Positions 1 to 12,417 of a DNA stretch of 32,000 bases are shown in pieces (position 1 is the first letter of the stretch; the number at the start of each line of letters is the position of its first letter). Made by a program: the position numbers and the translations under genes. The notes below the pieces were generated by a model, which saw only the letters and a list, made by a program, of their open reading frames with translations, did no database searches and was not told the origin of the DNA. This stretch comes from Candidatus Saccharimonadota bacterium (GTDB taxonomy: Bacteria; Pseudomonadota; Alphaproteobacteria; Rickettsiales; Anaplasmataceae): NCBI RefSeq assembly GCF_013365475.1, contig NZ_CP046579.1:1-32000 (forward strand), read 5' to 3'.

Positions 1-2
1 TT

Positions 3-188
3 CTAGTAGATCACATTCTAGTACAATACCTAACTCTAAAAAAAGAAGCTGAAATCCTATTTTCCCCACTATTGTGCAAGAATGTGAAGCAGTTTTTGAT
101 AAAATCAAGAAATTTAGGTAATTCTGGTAGGACTCTTGCTCAAAAAACAGTTATGCATTTACACACCATATCATTAATAGCAAGCTGA
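3..188 (+). CDS. Possible 3' end of a gene or pseudogene entering from upstream of the window; product unknown
   Basis: My own translation of frame 3 is open for 61 codons from the window edge (LVDHILVQYLTLKKEAEILFSPLLCKNVKQFLIKSRNLGNSGRTLAQKTVMHLHTISLIAS) and ends at TGA 186-188. An open run this long is uncommon in such AT-rich DNA. I recognise no motif. Confidence 0.25.
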   Translation, partial: LVDHILVQYLTLKKEAEILFSPLLCKNVKQFLIKSRNLGNSGRTLAQKTVMHLHTISLIAS

Positions 189-366
189 GGTTTCCATAGT
201 CCATTCTAATACAGTTCAATTGATCAAAAAATCCACAGAGAACATGCTAGTAAGGAACTTTTACATAATTCCAGAGAAACTCACTGAGTGTAAAATCGAA
301 CTAAGGATGAGTACATAATAAAGCACTATTGCAATATTATGTGAATTGATATGCTATATAAGTTAC

Positions 367-939
367 CTAAACACTATCTTTAAAAAAGCAAAGCGATTGT
401 GGGTGATTATAGAAATTTTGATGCCTACATCTAATACACACTTCAGTTACTATAATATCCAATTTTTGATCGTGCTTTTCCACTGGCAAATCTTTGTAGT
501 ACTGTTTCTCGTAAGCAATACCTATGAATATTTTTCCAAGAGGCTGTAATTCTCTTATTACAGCATCATACCAACCACTACCAAAACCCAATCTATTAAA
601 ATGATCATCGAAAGCAATAACAGGAGTGATTATTGCATCAGGAACTATGTTTTTATCCTCTTTACTCCACTCTTTAAATCTTAGTAGTTTATTTTTATCA
701 GGAATTGCTATTTTATAGCCTAAGTTAAGCAAATTATACATTAATGGTATAACATTTATTTCTTGATCAATTGGAATATAAGCTGCAATTGTTCTACCTC
801 TAACATAGTTCAAGCTATAACGAAAGAGATTAATAAGAAAATTCGCTGCATAGCTAGAATAATTAGCATCAGTATTTTTTCTTATAGCCCTATACTGCTC
901 TCTTATTTCCTTCTTCCGTTGTTTAACATCTTTGAACAT
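367..939 (-). CDS. 5-formyltetrahydrofolate cyclo-ligase (MTHFS family)
   Basis: 190 aa with an ATG start. The family-typical layout is present: a short N-terminal REQYRAIRK helix, IAAYIPIDQEINV, and C-terminal RLGFGSGWYD. Its start overlaps the stop of the upstream gene by 17 nt, which suggests an operon. Confidence 0.8.
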   Translation of the reverse strand: MFKDVKQRKKEIREQYRAIRKNTDANYSSYAANFLINLFRYSLNYVRGRTIAAYIPIDQEINVIPLMYNLLNLGYKIAIPDKNKLLRFKEWSKEDKNIVPDAIITPVIAFDDHFNRLGFGSGWYDAVIRELQPLGKIFIGIAYEKQYYKDLPVEKHDQKLDIIVTEVCIRCRHQNFYNHPQSLCFFKDSV

Positions 940-1552
940 GTTCTACCCACTTTGCAGTAAGTTTTTCTTGCAAACTGTTTTGCATCAAACGCTCGCTTAA
1001 AAAATCAAAATCAACAAACTCCATATTCTGGTCTTGATTACTGCAACTATAAATGAAACTTTCTTTTCCTGTTTCCGTATTTATATGCCTTTGCACGCAT
1101 TGAGCACAAATTTCTTTCATCATACACTGCATAGGAGAATTAACTGACGATATTGCCACATGGCTGCACTTCAGATATGGCATTAAAACTGTTTTCCTGG
1201 CCTCATTTACAGCCTTCATCATTTTATCAGAACCAATAACAATAATTTTATCTATGTTACCTAAATTAATTACAGTATTGCCTAACATTCCACGTTGATA
1301 AGAAATGATTGCGTCAACTATATTGCCATGAAAGGATCTGTCTTGGTCTCTTCTTATTTTTATCAATCCCTCTTCACACGCCCAAACTACTATACTTGAT
1401 GCAAGCTCTACAAGTGCTTGCTTAAATACATCATTTAATTTTTTATAGCCAGCAAAGTATAAAACCTTATTCTTCTTTTCAAGAAATGCCTTCCCTATCG
1501 AAAACAACACAGCATTTCCAACCCCTCCACCGATTAGCATTATGCTTTTCAT
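923..1552 (-). CDS. PyrK/FNR-like oxidoreductase module: NAD(P)-binding domain plus C-terminal 2Fe-2S Cys cluster, apparently lacking the FAD-binding barrel
   Basis: 209 aa. It begins directly with a Rossmann-type MLIGGGVGNAVLFSIGKA motif. The C-terminus carries C-x5-C-x2-C...C (CMMKEICAQC...YSC), as in dihydroorotate dehydrogenase electron-transfer subunits and 2-polyprenylphenol hydroxylase-like proteins. There is no N-terminal FAD-binding domain, and the tRNA gene starts 35 nt upstream. Confidence 0.65.
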   Translation of the reverse strand: MKSIMLIGGGVGNAVLFSIGKAFLEKKNKVLYFAGYKKLNDVFKQALVELASSIVVWACEEGLIKIRRDQDRSFHGNIVDAIISYQRGMLGNTVINLGNIDKIIVIGSDKMMKAVNEARKTVLMPYLKCSHVAISSVNSPMQCMMKEICAQCVQRHINTETGKESFIYSCSNQDQNMEFVDFDFLSERLMQNSLQEKLTAKWVEHVQRC

Positions 1553-1586
1553 ATTTTTACTTCCACTTTCTTACACATATGTAACC

Positions 1587-1673
1587 CGGAAAAGGAGGGA
1601 TTCGAACCCCCGACATATTTTTATATGTGCACGCTTTCCAAGCGTGTGCTTTAGACCACTCAGCCACTCTTCC
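1587..1673 (-). tRNA. tRNA-Ser, anticodon GGA
   Basis: The reverse complement reads GGAAGAG-TG-GCTGAGTGGTCTAAAGC-ACACGC-TTGGAAA-GCGTG-CACATATAAAAATATGTCG-GGGGGTTCGAATCCCTC-CTTTTCC-G. It has a 7-bp acceptor stem (one G-U), a 5-bp anticodon stem, the loop TTGGAAA (anticodon GGA), the long variable arm typical of Ser, and a GTTCGAATC T-loop. CCA is not encoded. Confidence 0.92.
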
Positions 1674-1926
1674 ATATTATTATATAATAAATACTGAAAA
1701 TTATATCACCAAACAAATTTGGTCATAAAAAGCAGGTATATTCACCCAAAATCTGCCATCACGTTATAGATATAGATATTTTGTTACCGCAACTAGCACA
1801 TCAAATATTTACCTTTGATGAAAATTAAGTATAGAGGCAAAGTAAATAATAAATTACTTTATCTTCATACTATTTCATTATAGCATCAGGTTCCATGTAT
1901 TTTACTCACTACAAGAATTTAAATAA

Positions 1927-2172
1927 CTATGTCATAATAGCATTACCACTAATTAAACCAGTATCTTCAAATCTTTTTTCATTTGTCGCTTTAATAATTA
2001 CTTGTTTTATTAAACCATTAGCGTTAGCTTCACACATGTCACAGTAACTGCGTTCTGTATGAAAATGCAACTGGGTACCTACCCAATCCCAGTAACAACT
2101 AACTGTTCGCAGCACTTTAGAGATACCTGACTTAGGACTCATCGTTTTATTACTAAAACCTTTGTGATTCAT
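1927..2172 (-). CDS. Hypothetical 81-aa ORF, possibly a gene relic
   Basis: This is the only ORF in a 951-nt gap. It has an ATG start, no clear Shine-Dalgarno sequence and no motif I recognise. Confidence 0.2.
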   Translation of the reverse strand: MNHKGFSNKTMSPKSGISKVLRTVSCYWDWVGTQLHFHTERSYCDMCEANANGLIKQVIIKATNEKRFEDTGLISGNAIMT

Positions 2173-2624
2173 AAAAATATCTCTCTACTTGCAGAGTTAC
2201 ACCTCTTTGATAAAAGACTTTCCCCTTTTATGCAATATACCACTGCTATTTAATACCTACTCAGCTTCCAACCATAAGTTTATCATTATACTACTGCCAT
2301 AAACCTACTTAAAAACTTAGAAAGTAGATTACCAATACTCAAGTTTTCATCACAATCAATTTAGCTCACTATTTTTCGCTAACATTATCAATTTTTGATA
2401 CGTAGTAATACTAATAGCTCCTAGCTAAGTGGTTTTTCAAGGAGTTTATGTGGAACTCCATTATAATAGGTAAAATTTGAAAATGACAGTAAATAAGGTG
2501 CTACTCGTAACACAAAACCATATAAACTCTACTGTAGAGGTAGCATATTAAATACCACATAGTTTAACAAAAAAGGTCACTGTAAAGAAATGGAATAGTG
2601 TAGTAACATAAAAGTATAAGAAAG

Positions 2625-6258
<3,634 letters not shown>

Positions 6259-7047
6259 CTACTGCTTAGAGCTATACAGTGGATAAAACTCTTTAATAGT
6301 TCTAAATAAAATTTCCAGTGAATGGATATCAGACATGTTATGTCCTGCTGATTTTGTTAAGTGTACCTCAACATCAAGTGAATCAATTTTTTTAGCTATG
6401 TCTAATGAAGTGTTATAAGGGACATTTTTATCATTAATGCTATGCAACAAGCGCACAGGAGAATTTATACTTATTCTTTCTTTCTTTAAAAGAAGGTTCT
6501 TTCTACCATCTTCTATCAAATTCTTGGTTATTTTGTATGTACAACCCCCTGAAGTAAAATTAACAATACCTTTAGAGTCTAGCTCTTTCTTTTGCCTGTT
6601 AGATAATCGCTCGAATATTAAATTTTCAGTGAAATCAGGAGCAGTTGATATGCCAATCAACGCTGCAATTTTTTCTGGAAATTGGAGGACAGTAAGTAAC
6701 ATCATCCACCCTCCCATACTTGAACCTATAACTATTTGCTTACCGTTAGTTAACTCATGAATAACCCTAGCACAATTTTTTCGCCAATCACTTATTGTGT
6801 AGTCAATAAAATTACCACTTGAACAACCGTGACCAAAATAATCGAACAGTACAAGCGCTATATTGTTTTCTTGGCAAAATTTATAAATAGCAGTTGCCTT
6901 AGCTCCATTCATACTGGATGCAAACCCACCAAAAAATACTATAGAAGCCTTTTCCCCTTGCAACTTCCTGTACGCTATATACTTACCATCCTCATAGAAA
7001 AGTTTGCAGTAAGTCATGTTACTTTGGTAAATCAATCGGATCATCAC
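6259..7047 (-). CDS. Alpha/beta-fold hydrolase (serine esterase/peptidase-like)
   Basis: 262 aa. It has the nucleophile elbow GSSMGG (GxSxG), an upstream HG dipeptide (FGHGCS) and a C-terminal catalytic His context (SAGHNM). The track start at 7047 is GTG. Alternative ATG starts lie at 7044 and at 7017, and the 7017 start sits immediately after the cytochrome c stop. Confidence 0.8.
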   Translation of the reverse strand: MMIRLIYQSNMTYCKLFYEDGKYIAYRKLQGEKASIVFFGGFASSMNGAKATAIYKFCQENNIALVLFDYFGHGCSSGNFIDYTISDWRKNCARVIHELTNGKQIVIGSSMGGWMMLLTVLQFPEKIAALIGISTAPDFTENLIFERLSNRQKKELDSKGIVNFTSGGCTYKITKNLIEDGRKNLLLKKERISINSPVRLLHSINDKNVPYNTSLDIAKKIDSLDVEVHLTKSAGHNMSDIHSLEILFRTIKEFYPLYSSKQ

Positions 7048-7546
7048 TTAATTGCCGTAAATAGCTAATTAAATCAGCAATTTCCTCTGGATCAGAAATG
7101 CCAGCAAATGCCATGCGTGTACCTTTTATATAAGCTTTTGGACTTTTTAGAAAGGCAAACAGCTCACTATACCCCCATTTTCCACCTTTTTCAAGCATTG
7201 CTTTTGAATAATTAAATGAGTTATCAAAATGCGCTTTTTTACTTCCAACTATATTCCACAAGTTTGGCCCTACCTTATTAAACCCATTCTTTTCAAAACT
7301 ATGACAAGCTATGCATTTCTTTGCAACTGATTTCCCCTTTTCAAAGCTAGCATTCTTCATGAGCATCTCAATATCAAGCGCTACCTGCTCTATTTTTTGC
7401 TGAAGTTCACTGCTGCCAGTAGTTACTATTGCTTCGTGTTCTGCCTTATATCCTTCTGGCTTGTAAAGCATGTCAACTACATTGCTAATTACTATAATCA
7501 TCAGCCCAGAAAATAAAATAGATGCTGCAATTTTATTAAGTTCCAT
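7019..7546 (-). CDS. Membrane-anchored class I c-type cytochrome (CycM/c2-like)
   Basis: 175 aa. It has an N-terminal hydrophobic anchor (AASILFSGLMIIVISNVV), the heme-binding CIACH (CxxCH), GPNLWNIVG, and a distal Met ligand context (GTRMAFAG). Confidence 0.85.
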   Translation of the reverse strand: MELNKIAASILFSGLMIIVISNVVDMLYKPEGYKAEHEAIVTTGSSELQQKIEQVALDIEMLMKNASFEKGKSVAKKCIACHSFEKNGFNKVGPNLWNIVGSKKAHFDNSFNYSKAMLEKGGKWGYSELFAFLKSPKAYIKGTRMAFAGISDPEEIADLISYLRQLSDDPIDLPK

Positions 7547-7693
7547 AGTTAATTTTCATCAACCGTTATTATTTATAATGCAAATATTTCTGCAAACAGC
7601 AAGTAATTAATTGAAAAATAGACTACTTGCCTTTTATTAATGAATGGAGCTAAATAGAAAATTCTGATAAAGTAATCTTGTTTATAAAAAAAT

Positions 7694-9436
7694 ATGCTAC
7701 TTGACACTGAAAAGCGCAGCATAACAAACGCACTATGGAAGCTAGAAAAAGTAGATCAAAGGGAAGTCTTAGCTCTTGCTCAGAAATTTAAATTACCAGA
7801 AATCCTTGCAAGAATACTTGTTGCCCGTGATATCAATACAAAAAATGCAGGCAGCTTTTTATACCCGTTAATCAGGTCACTATTACCAGATCCATTTCAC
7901 CTCCTCGAAATGGATAAAGCCGTTTATCGTATAATACAGGCAATAATTAACAATGAAAACATAGCAATATTCGGGGACTATGACGTTGATGGTGCAACGT
8001 CATCAGCATTGATTAAAAGGTACCTAAAGATGATTGGTATTCACTCTATAATTTATATTCCAGATCGTGTTAATGAGGGTTATGGGTTAAATTCAAGTAG
8101 TCTATTTCAACTTAAAAAGGAAGGTATTGACCTATGTATTTCTGTTGATTGTGGCACGCTTGCATATCAGCCAGTGAAAGATGCCAAAAATTTTGGCCTT
8201 GATATTATAGTTATTGACCACCATCTTAGTATAGAAAAGCTACCAAGTGCTGTAGCAATTATTAACCCAAATCGGCTAGATGAGAGTTCTTCTTATAGAA
8301 ACCTTGCAGCAGTTGGTGTATCATTTCTATTGATTGTTGCTCTTAACAAAAGAATACGTGAACATGGGTTTTTCGCTAACATAAAAGAACCAAATTTATT
8401 TGACCTTCTTGATCTAGTTGCTCTTGGCACCGTTTGTGATGCTATGCAGATTACTGGCCTTAACAGGGCATTTGTTTTGCAAGGATTAAAAGTTATGTCA
8501 ACAAGAAAAAATATCGGGTTGCGTGTCTTGTCCGATATGTTAAGAATTCTTGAAAAGCCAAATACTTCTCGTCTGAGTTTTAATATTGGACCATGTATAA
8601 ATGCTGGAGGAAGAATTGGAGAAGCATCGCTCGGTGCAAGGCTGCTCTCTACAGATGTGGAAGAAGAAGCATATTCCATCGCATCAAAACTGATAAATTT
8701 AAATAATGCAAGAAAGATGATGGAAAATGAGGCCCTCTCGGAAGCTATAATACAAGCAAAAAATTTTTCTCAGTCAGATAGAAATTTTATAATAGTAAGT
8801 GGTAACTGGCACCAAGGAATAATTGGCATAATTGCATCTAGGCTGAAAGAGCAGTTTCACTTGCCTACAATAGTAATATCTATAAAAAATGGAATGGGAA
8901 AAGCAAGCTGCAGATCAATTCCTGGAGTTAATATCGGTGCTGCAATCCTTTCCGCAAAGTATATGAACTTAATTATTGAAGGTGGTGGCCATAGTATGGC
9001 AGCAGGATTTTCAATCAAGGAAGATAGAATAAATGACCTACAACACTTTTTTGCTAAGATATTTACAAACTACTCCATAAATGAAAAAGCTTTGAAAGCC
9101 GATGGTATAGTGACTGTTAAAGCAATAAACTTATCCCTGTGGAGTCAATTGCAACGCTTAGAGCCATTCGGTATTGGTAACCCTGAACCAAGATTCATTA
9201 TCCAAGGAGTAAGGATTAAAAAACCTGAAATTGTAGGTGGAGATCACATAAAGTGTTTCATTACTGACAATGATGCTATAGTAAGAGCTATTGCATTCCG
9301 TTCTGTAAATACTCATCTTGGTTCTGCTATTATACATGGGAATATCGAATCTATTTTAGGCAAAATCTCAGTAAATTACTGGAATGGTAATGAATTTGTA
9401 CAGTTTTTAATAGAAGATGCATTGACTATTAGCTAA
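7694..9436 (+). CDS. recJ: Single-stranded-DNA-specific exonuclease RecJ
   Basis: 580 aa. DHH-family motifs are present (IFGDYDVDGATS, SVDCG, VIDHH) along with the DHHA1 GGGHSMAAG motif. Confidence 0.95.
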   Translation: MLLDTEKRSITNALWKLEKVDQREVLALAQKFKLPEILARILVARDINTKNAGSFLYPLIRSLLPDPFHLLEMDKAVYRIIQAIINNENIAIFGDYDVDGATSSALIKRYLKMIGIHSIIYIPDRVNEGYGLNSSSLFQLKKEGIDLCISVDCGTLAYQPVKDAKNFGLDIIVIDHHLSIEKLPSAVAIINPNRLDESSSYRNLAAVGVSFLLIVALNKRIREHGFFANIKEPNLFDLLDLVALGTVCDAMQITGLNRAFVLQGLKVMSTRKNIGLRVLSDMLRILEKPNTSRLSFNIGPCINAGGRIGEASLGARLLSTDVEEEAYSIASKLINLNNARKMMENEALSEAIIQAKNFSQSDRNFIIVSGNWHQGIIGIIASRLKEQFHLPTIVISIKNGMGKASCRSIPGVNIGAAILSAKYMNLIIEGGGHSMAAGFSIKEDRINDLQHFFAKIFTNYSINEKALKADGIVTVKAINLSLWSQLQRLEPFGIGNPEPRFIIQGVRIKKPEIVGGDHIKCFITDNDAIVRAIAFRSVNTHLGSAIIHGNIESILGKISVNYWNGNEFVQFLIEDALTIS

Positions 9437-9944
9437 GTTTTCATATAAAATTATGACCTAGCCTTTTCAGATTTGGGCAGTAAAATAAATACTTAAAATG
9501 AATTAAGCAATAGCTAGCTCTTAAATTACCTATAGCTCTACTAATGCATTCCCATATTGTAAACTAAGAAATCAACTGATAACTTATCAACCTTTTTGTC
9601 CTAAAAATAGGCTAATCTGTGGGATAGAATAATTGAAGTATCAAGGTGTTTAACTTGCTATGTACCATTTACAATATTCTTAGACCTACCTATAAGCTAA
9701 AATTTATTTGCAAAGCTTCTAAGGTAGTACAGAGAAGTAATCCAACAAGGCTAGAGTTTATCTACAACTTTCATGATTTTTTGTATTTTCCCATTTGGCT
9801 AGTAAGCTTTTCCTAATATTTATAGCCAAAATAATTTAAGGCGAACAGTATTCAAGAAATTGCAGCATTTTATAGAGCAAGTATCTTTTCCTCCTGTCTA
9901 AGTTGGATCATGCGAAAAACTAATACAGCAAGCCAAGTGGTTTG

Positions 9945-10415
9945 TTATAGCCCAAATTCATCATTGATTTTATCAACTATTTCTTGTGGTGGATTTTCTC
10001 CCCACCCTGAGTATAAAATTTCTCCATAATCCGCAACATCCATGGAACCAGTTCTACTCTTTACAAGAAATATTTCTTTCTTGTCCTTATCAACTAATAT
10101 ATAGTGCCATGCTGATATTCCACGATCTTTGCCACGGACTAAGTATATCAGATCTGACCTGCTTCTTCTTGTTGCATCAGCAAAAGATCTCTCATTGAGA
10201 GCTCTACTCTTGCTTTTTATGCTACAACTTCCAGAAAAAGCTTCTTTAGATTCAGTTTTTTTACTCACTAATTCATAGATTTTCCCCCTTTCCACTAATG
10301 CACATTCCCTTGTGTTCCGAGATGAATATTTATCAGAAAAACTTCCTCTTACATTACTAGAAGTCCTATTTGCAAAACGTTTAGTAAACGAATTATTACC
10401 GTTGTCTTCTGTCAT
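9945..10415 (-). CDS. Hypothetical protein of 156 aa with a Ser/Arg-rich N-half and a compact C-terminal domain
   Basis: The track ORF starts at TTG (10427). The in-frame ATG at 10415 is preceded by a canonical GGAGG with a 5-nt spacer (ttGGAGGcttttATG), so I call that as the start. I recognise no family motif. Confidence 0.55.
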   Translation of the reverse strand: MTEDNGNNSFTKRFANRTSSNVRGSFSDKYSSRNTRECALVERGKIYELVSKKTESKEAFSGSCSIKSKSRALNERSFADATRRSRSDLIYLVRGKDRGISAWHYILVDKDKKEIFLVKSRTGSMDVADYGEILYSGWGENPPQEIVDKINDEFGL

Positions 10416-10490
10416 AAAAGCCTCCAAATTTTAGATTATAGAATCCAAATTTTTACTATACTTTATCATACGTTAATTAAATTAATATAA

Positions 10491-11375
10491 ATGAGAGATA
10501 GTATAGTAATTATTACAGGAATTACAGCTTCAGGTAAATCAGAATTATGCAATAATCTAGTAAAAGAGCATTTGAATATTAGCATAATAAACTGTGACTC
10601 AAAGCAGATATACAAAGAAATTCCTATAATTACTGCTCAGCCACCAAAGCAAGGAAAACAATATAAATTGTATGGATATGTTTCAGCAAAAAAAAACTAC
10701 TCCGTTAGCCTATGGGTAGAAGATTTGAAGAAGGAAATCAATAATGCACTAAAAAACTCACAGATACCAATCATTACTGGAGGAAGTGGACTTTATATCA
10801 GTAGCCTAATCAAAGGCTTATCACCAATCCCACAAATAAGCCAGGAAGTAAAAAGAAATGTAAGCAAGTTCAAGAAAAATTTAACTAAAGAGGAATTCTA
10901 TAAATTAGTGCTGAGCAAAGATCCAAAAATTCAAGGGAAAATATTCATGAATGATTTATATCGCCTCTCAAGAGCATTTGAAGTTGTTACTGAAACTGGC
11001 AAGTCGATTTTCATATGGCAAGAAAATAGAAAGCCGCCTTTGTTGAATAATTTTAAGATATATACAATTTTACCTAAGCGCGAGGACGTATATCAAAAAA
11101 TAAACTCTCGTTTTATTACAATGGTCAGGAATGGAGCAATTGATGAGGTAAAGAATTTACTTAACATGAATTTATCCCAACACCTGCCAGCTATGAAAGC
11201 ACATGGAGTACCAGAAATTACAAAGTACTTAAGAGGTGAGATCACTTTAAATAAAGCAATACAAATTGCCCAAACAAATACAAGACATTATGCAAAGCGC
11301 CAGTATACCTGGTTTAAAACCCAACTTCCAAATTCTAAAGTAATTAAATGTACAGAAGAATTTTCACTTTTTTGA
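10491..11375 (+). CDS. miaA: tRNA dimethylallyltransferase
   Basis: 294 aa. It has the P-loop GITASGKS, CDSKQIYKEIPIITAQP, GGSGLY and a C-terminal YAKRQYTWF motif. Confidence 0.93.
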   Translation: MRDSIVIITGITASGKSELCNNLVKEHLNISIINCDSKQIYKEIPIITAQPPKQGKQYKLYGYVSAKKNYSVSLWVEDLKKEINNALKNSQIPIITGGSGLYISSLIKGLSPIPQISQEVKRNVSKFKKNLTKEEFYKLVLSKDPKIQGKIFMNDLYRLSRAFEVVTETGKSIFIWQENRKPPLLNNFKIYTILPKREDVYQKINSRFITMVRNGAIDEVKNLLNMNLSQHLPAMKAHGVPEITKYLRGEITLNKAIQIAQTNTRHYAKRQYTWFKTQLPNSKVIKCTEEFSLF

Positions 11376-12417
11376 CCTGGTAGTCTTTTTTACTTTTTTT
11401 ACCACCTTATCTTGCATAGTAACATCAATGCTATAATAATATTGATTTATAAAACCTGATATTCCTTTTATGCCTGCTTATTATCCTGATAGCTAAGCAA
11501 AAGCTCATATATTAGAATCAACTTTCCTTCTTTATCATTTCTATATTATTAGTGCGACCACAGAAACAAGTTAATCAACTAAGGAAAGTTCTTTAGATAA
11601 GATCAAAATAAACTTTTACTTTGTTATATTGCCTTAATAACAGACAGTGCCCTAATTACAAACAATATTTTTCGATAATTGGAATGATGGGTAAAAAGTT
11701 AACCAAGAAACAGAAAATCAAGTCATATCCATCTCGAAAAGAGATGAACTTTCTTTTCTGCAACCACATAATAGAAGTTAACATACATGTGTTAGAATGT
11801 ACCTTATGATCACAGAAAATATAGAGCATAACCCAACCAGAGATTGGTGCTTACAACAGCATGAGATAGAGCAGCACAAAGATAAACAACCTTTTAGGTG
11901 ATATTATGGTGATAACGTAATTAAAGTCTCATCTCTAAAGTTAAATATCAGTGTAAGTTACAAGGTAGACTTTCCTCGCAGAGGACATGATACAAGAGAT
12001 ATTAGAGATATTTTAGACATGAACAGTTATGATATACGAAATTTAGACTTGCTAACTTATAGCAATAGCTTCTTGAAAGAAATCTTGCCTGTGTAAGAAG
12101 TGCAAATAATAAAAAATTGTTATATATAAATTTTTGATGTAAGATTATGTTATAGATAATGTATATCAACTTATAGCAAAATGTGAGAAAATATTTAGTA
12201 GTTGTGGTTTATACTGAGTTAGCACTAGGCAATATGCCTATAAGAAAATTAACTGGTATAGTTTAGTATTGGAATATAATTATCGGGATATAAGGTAGCT
12301 CTACTCTGTAAAGCTGCACAAATAATACTGATAATGGAAAATTCCGTCTAAAAATTGAAGTTGGAAATTAAAAGTTAAACAACTTCTTTCTTTTTGTATG
12401 ATCTTAAAAGGCTTTCT

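Noticed and set aside
346-960. Plus-strand ORFs 346-549 and 763-960 overlapping the MTHFS gene
   Set aside because: They are antisense to the motif-supported 5-formyl-THF cyclo-ligase and have hydrophobic junk composition.
2415-2427. The 13-mer TAGCTCCTAGCTA is shared with the virB6 spacer palindrome (23162-23174)
   Set aside because: A single 13-nt match within 32 kb of AT-biased sequence is expected by chance (order of ten such pairs). The flanks do not extend the similarity, so it is not a dispersed repeat.
2451-2539. A small hairpin GGAGTT-N7-AACTCC (about 2451-2469) and a 13-nt palindrome CTCTACTGTAGAG (2527-2539) downstream of gyrB
   Set aside because: The stems are short (6 bp), there are no U-tracts, and they lie 90-170 nt from the gyrB stop. 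They are indistinguishable from chance palindromes in AT-rich spacer DNA.
6437-7068. Plus-strand ORFs 6437-6760 and 6829-7068 inside the hydrolase gene
   Set aside because: They are antisense to the GxSxG hydrolase and have no support.
8293-8679. 128-aa minus-strand ORF inside recJ
   Set aside because: It is antisense to recJ, has no motif, and its Ser/Arg/Pro-rich composition marks it as an antisense artefact.
11621-11809. 62-aa ORF in the miaA-purH gap
   Set aside because: It starts at TTG, has no RBS or motif, and is at the minimum length. I treat it as chance or at best a relic fragment.
11995-12012. Tandem duplication AGAGATATT x2
   Set aside because: Only two copies of 9 nt, which is too short to call a tandem-repeat locus. 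It is noted only as slippage debris in a relic region.
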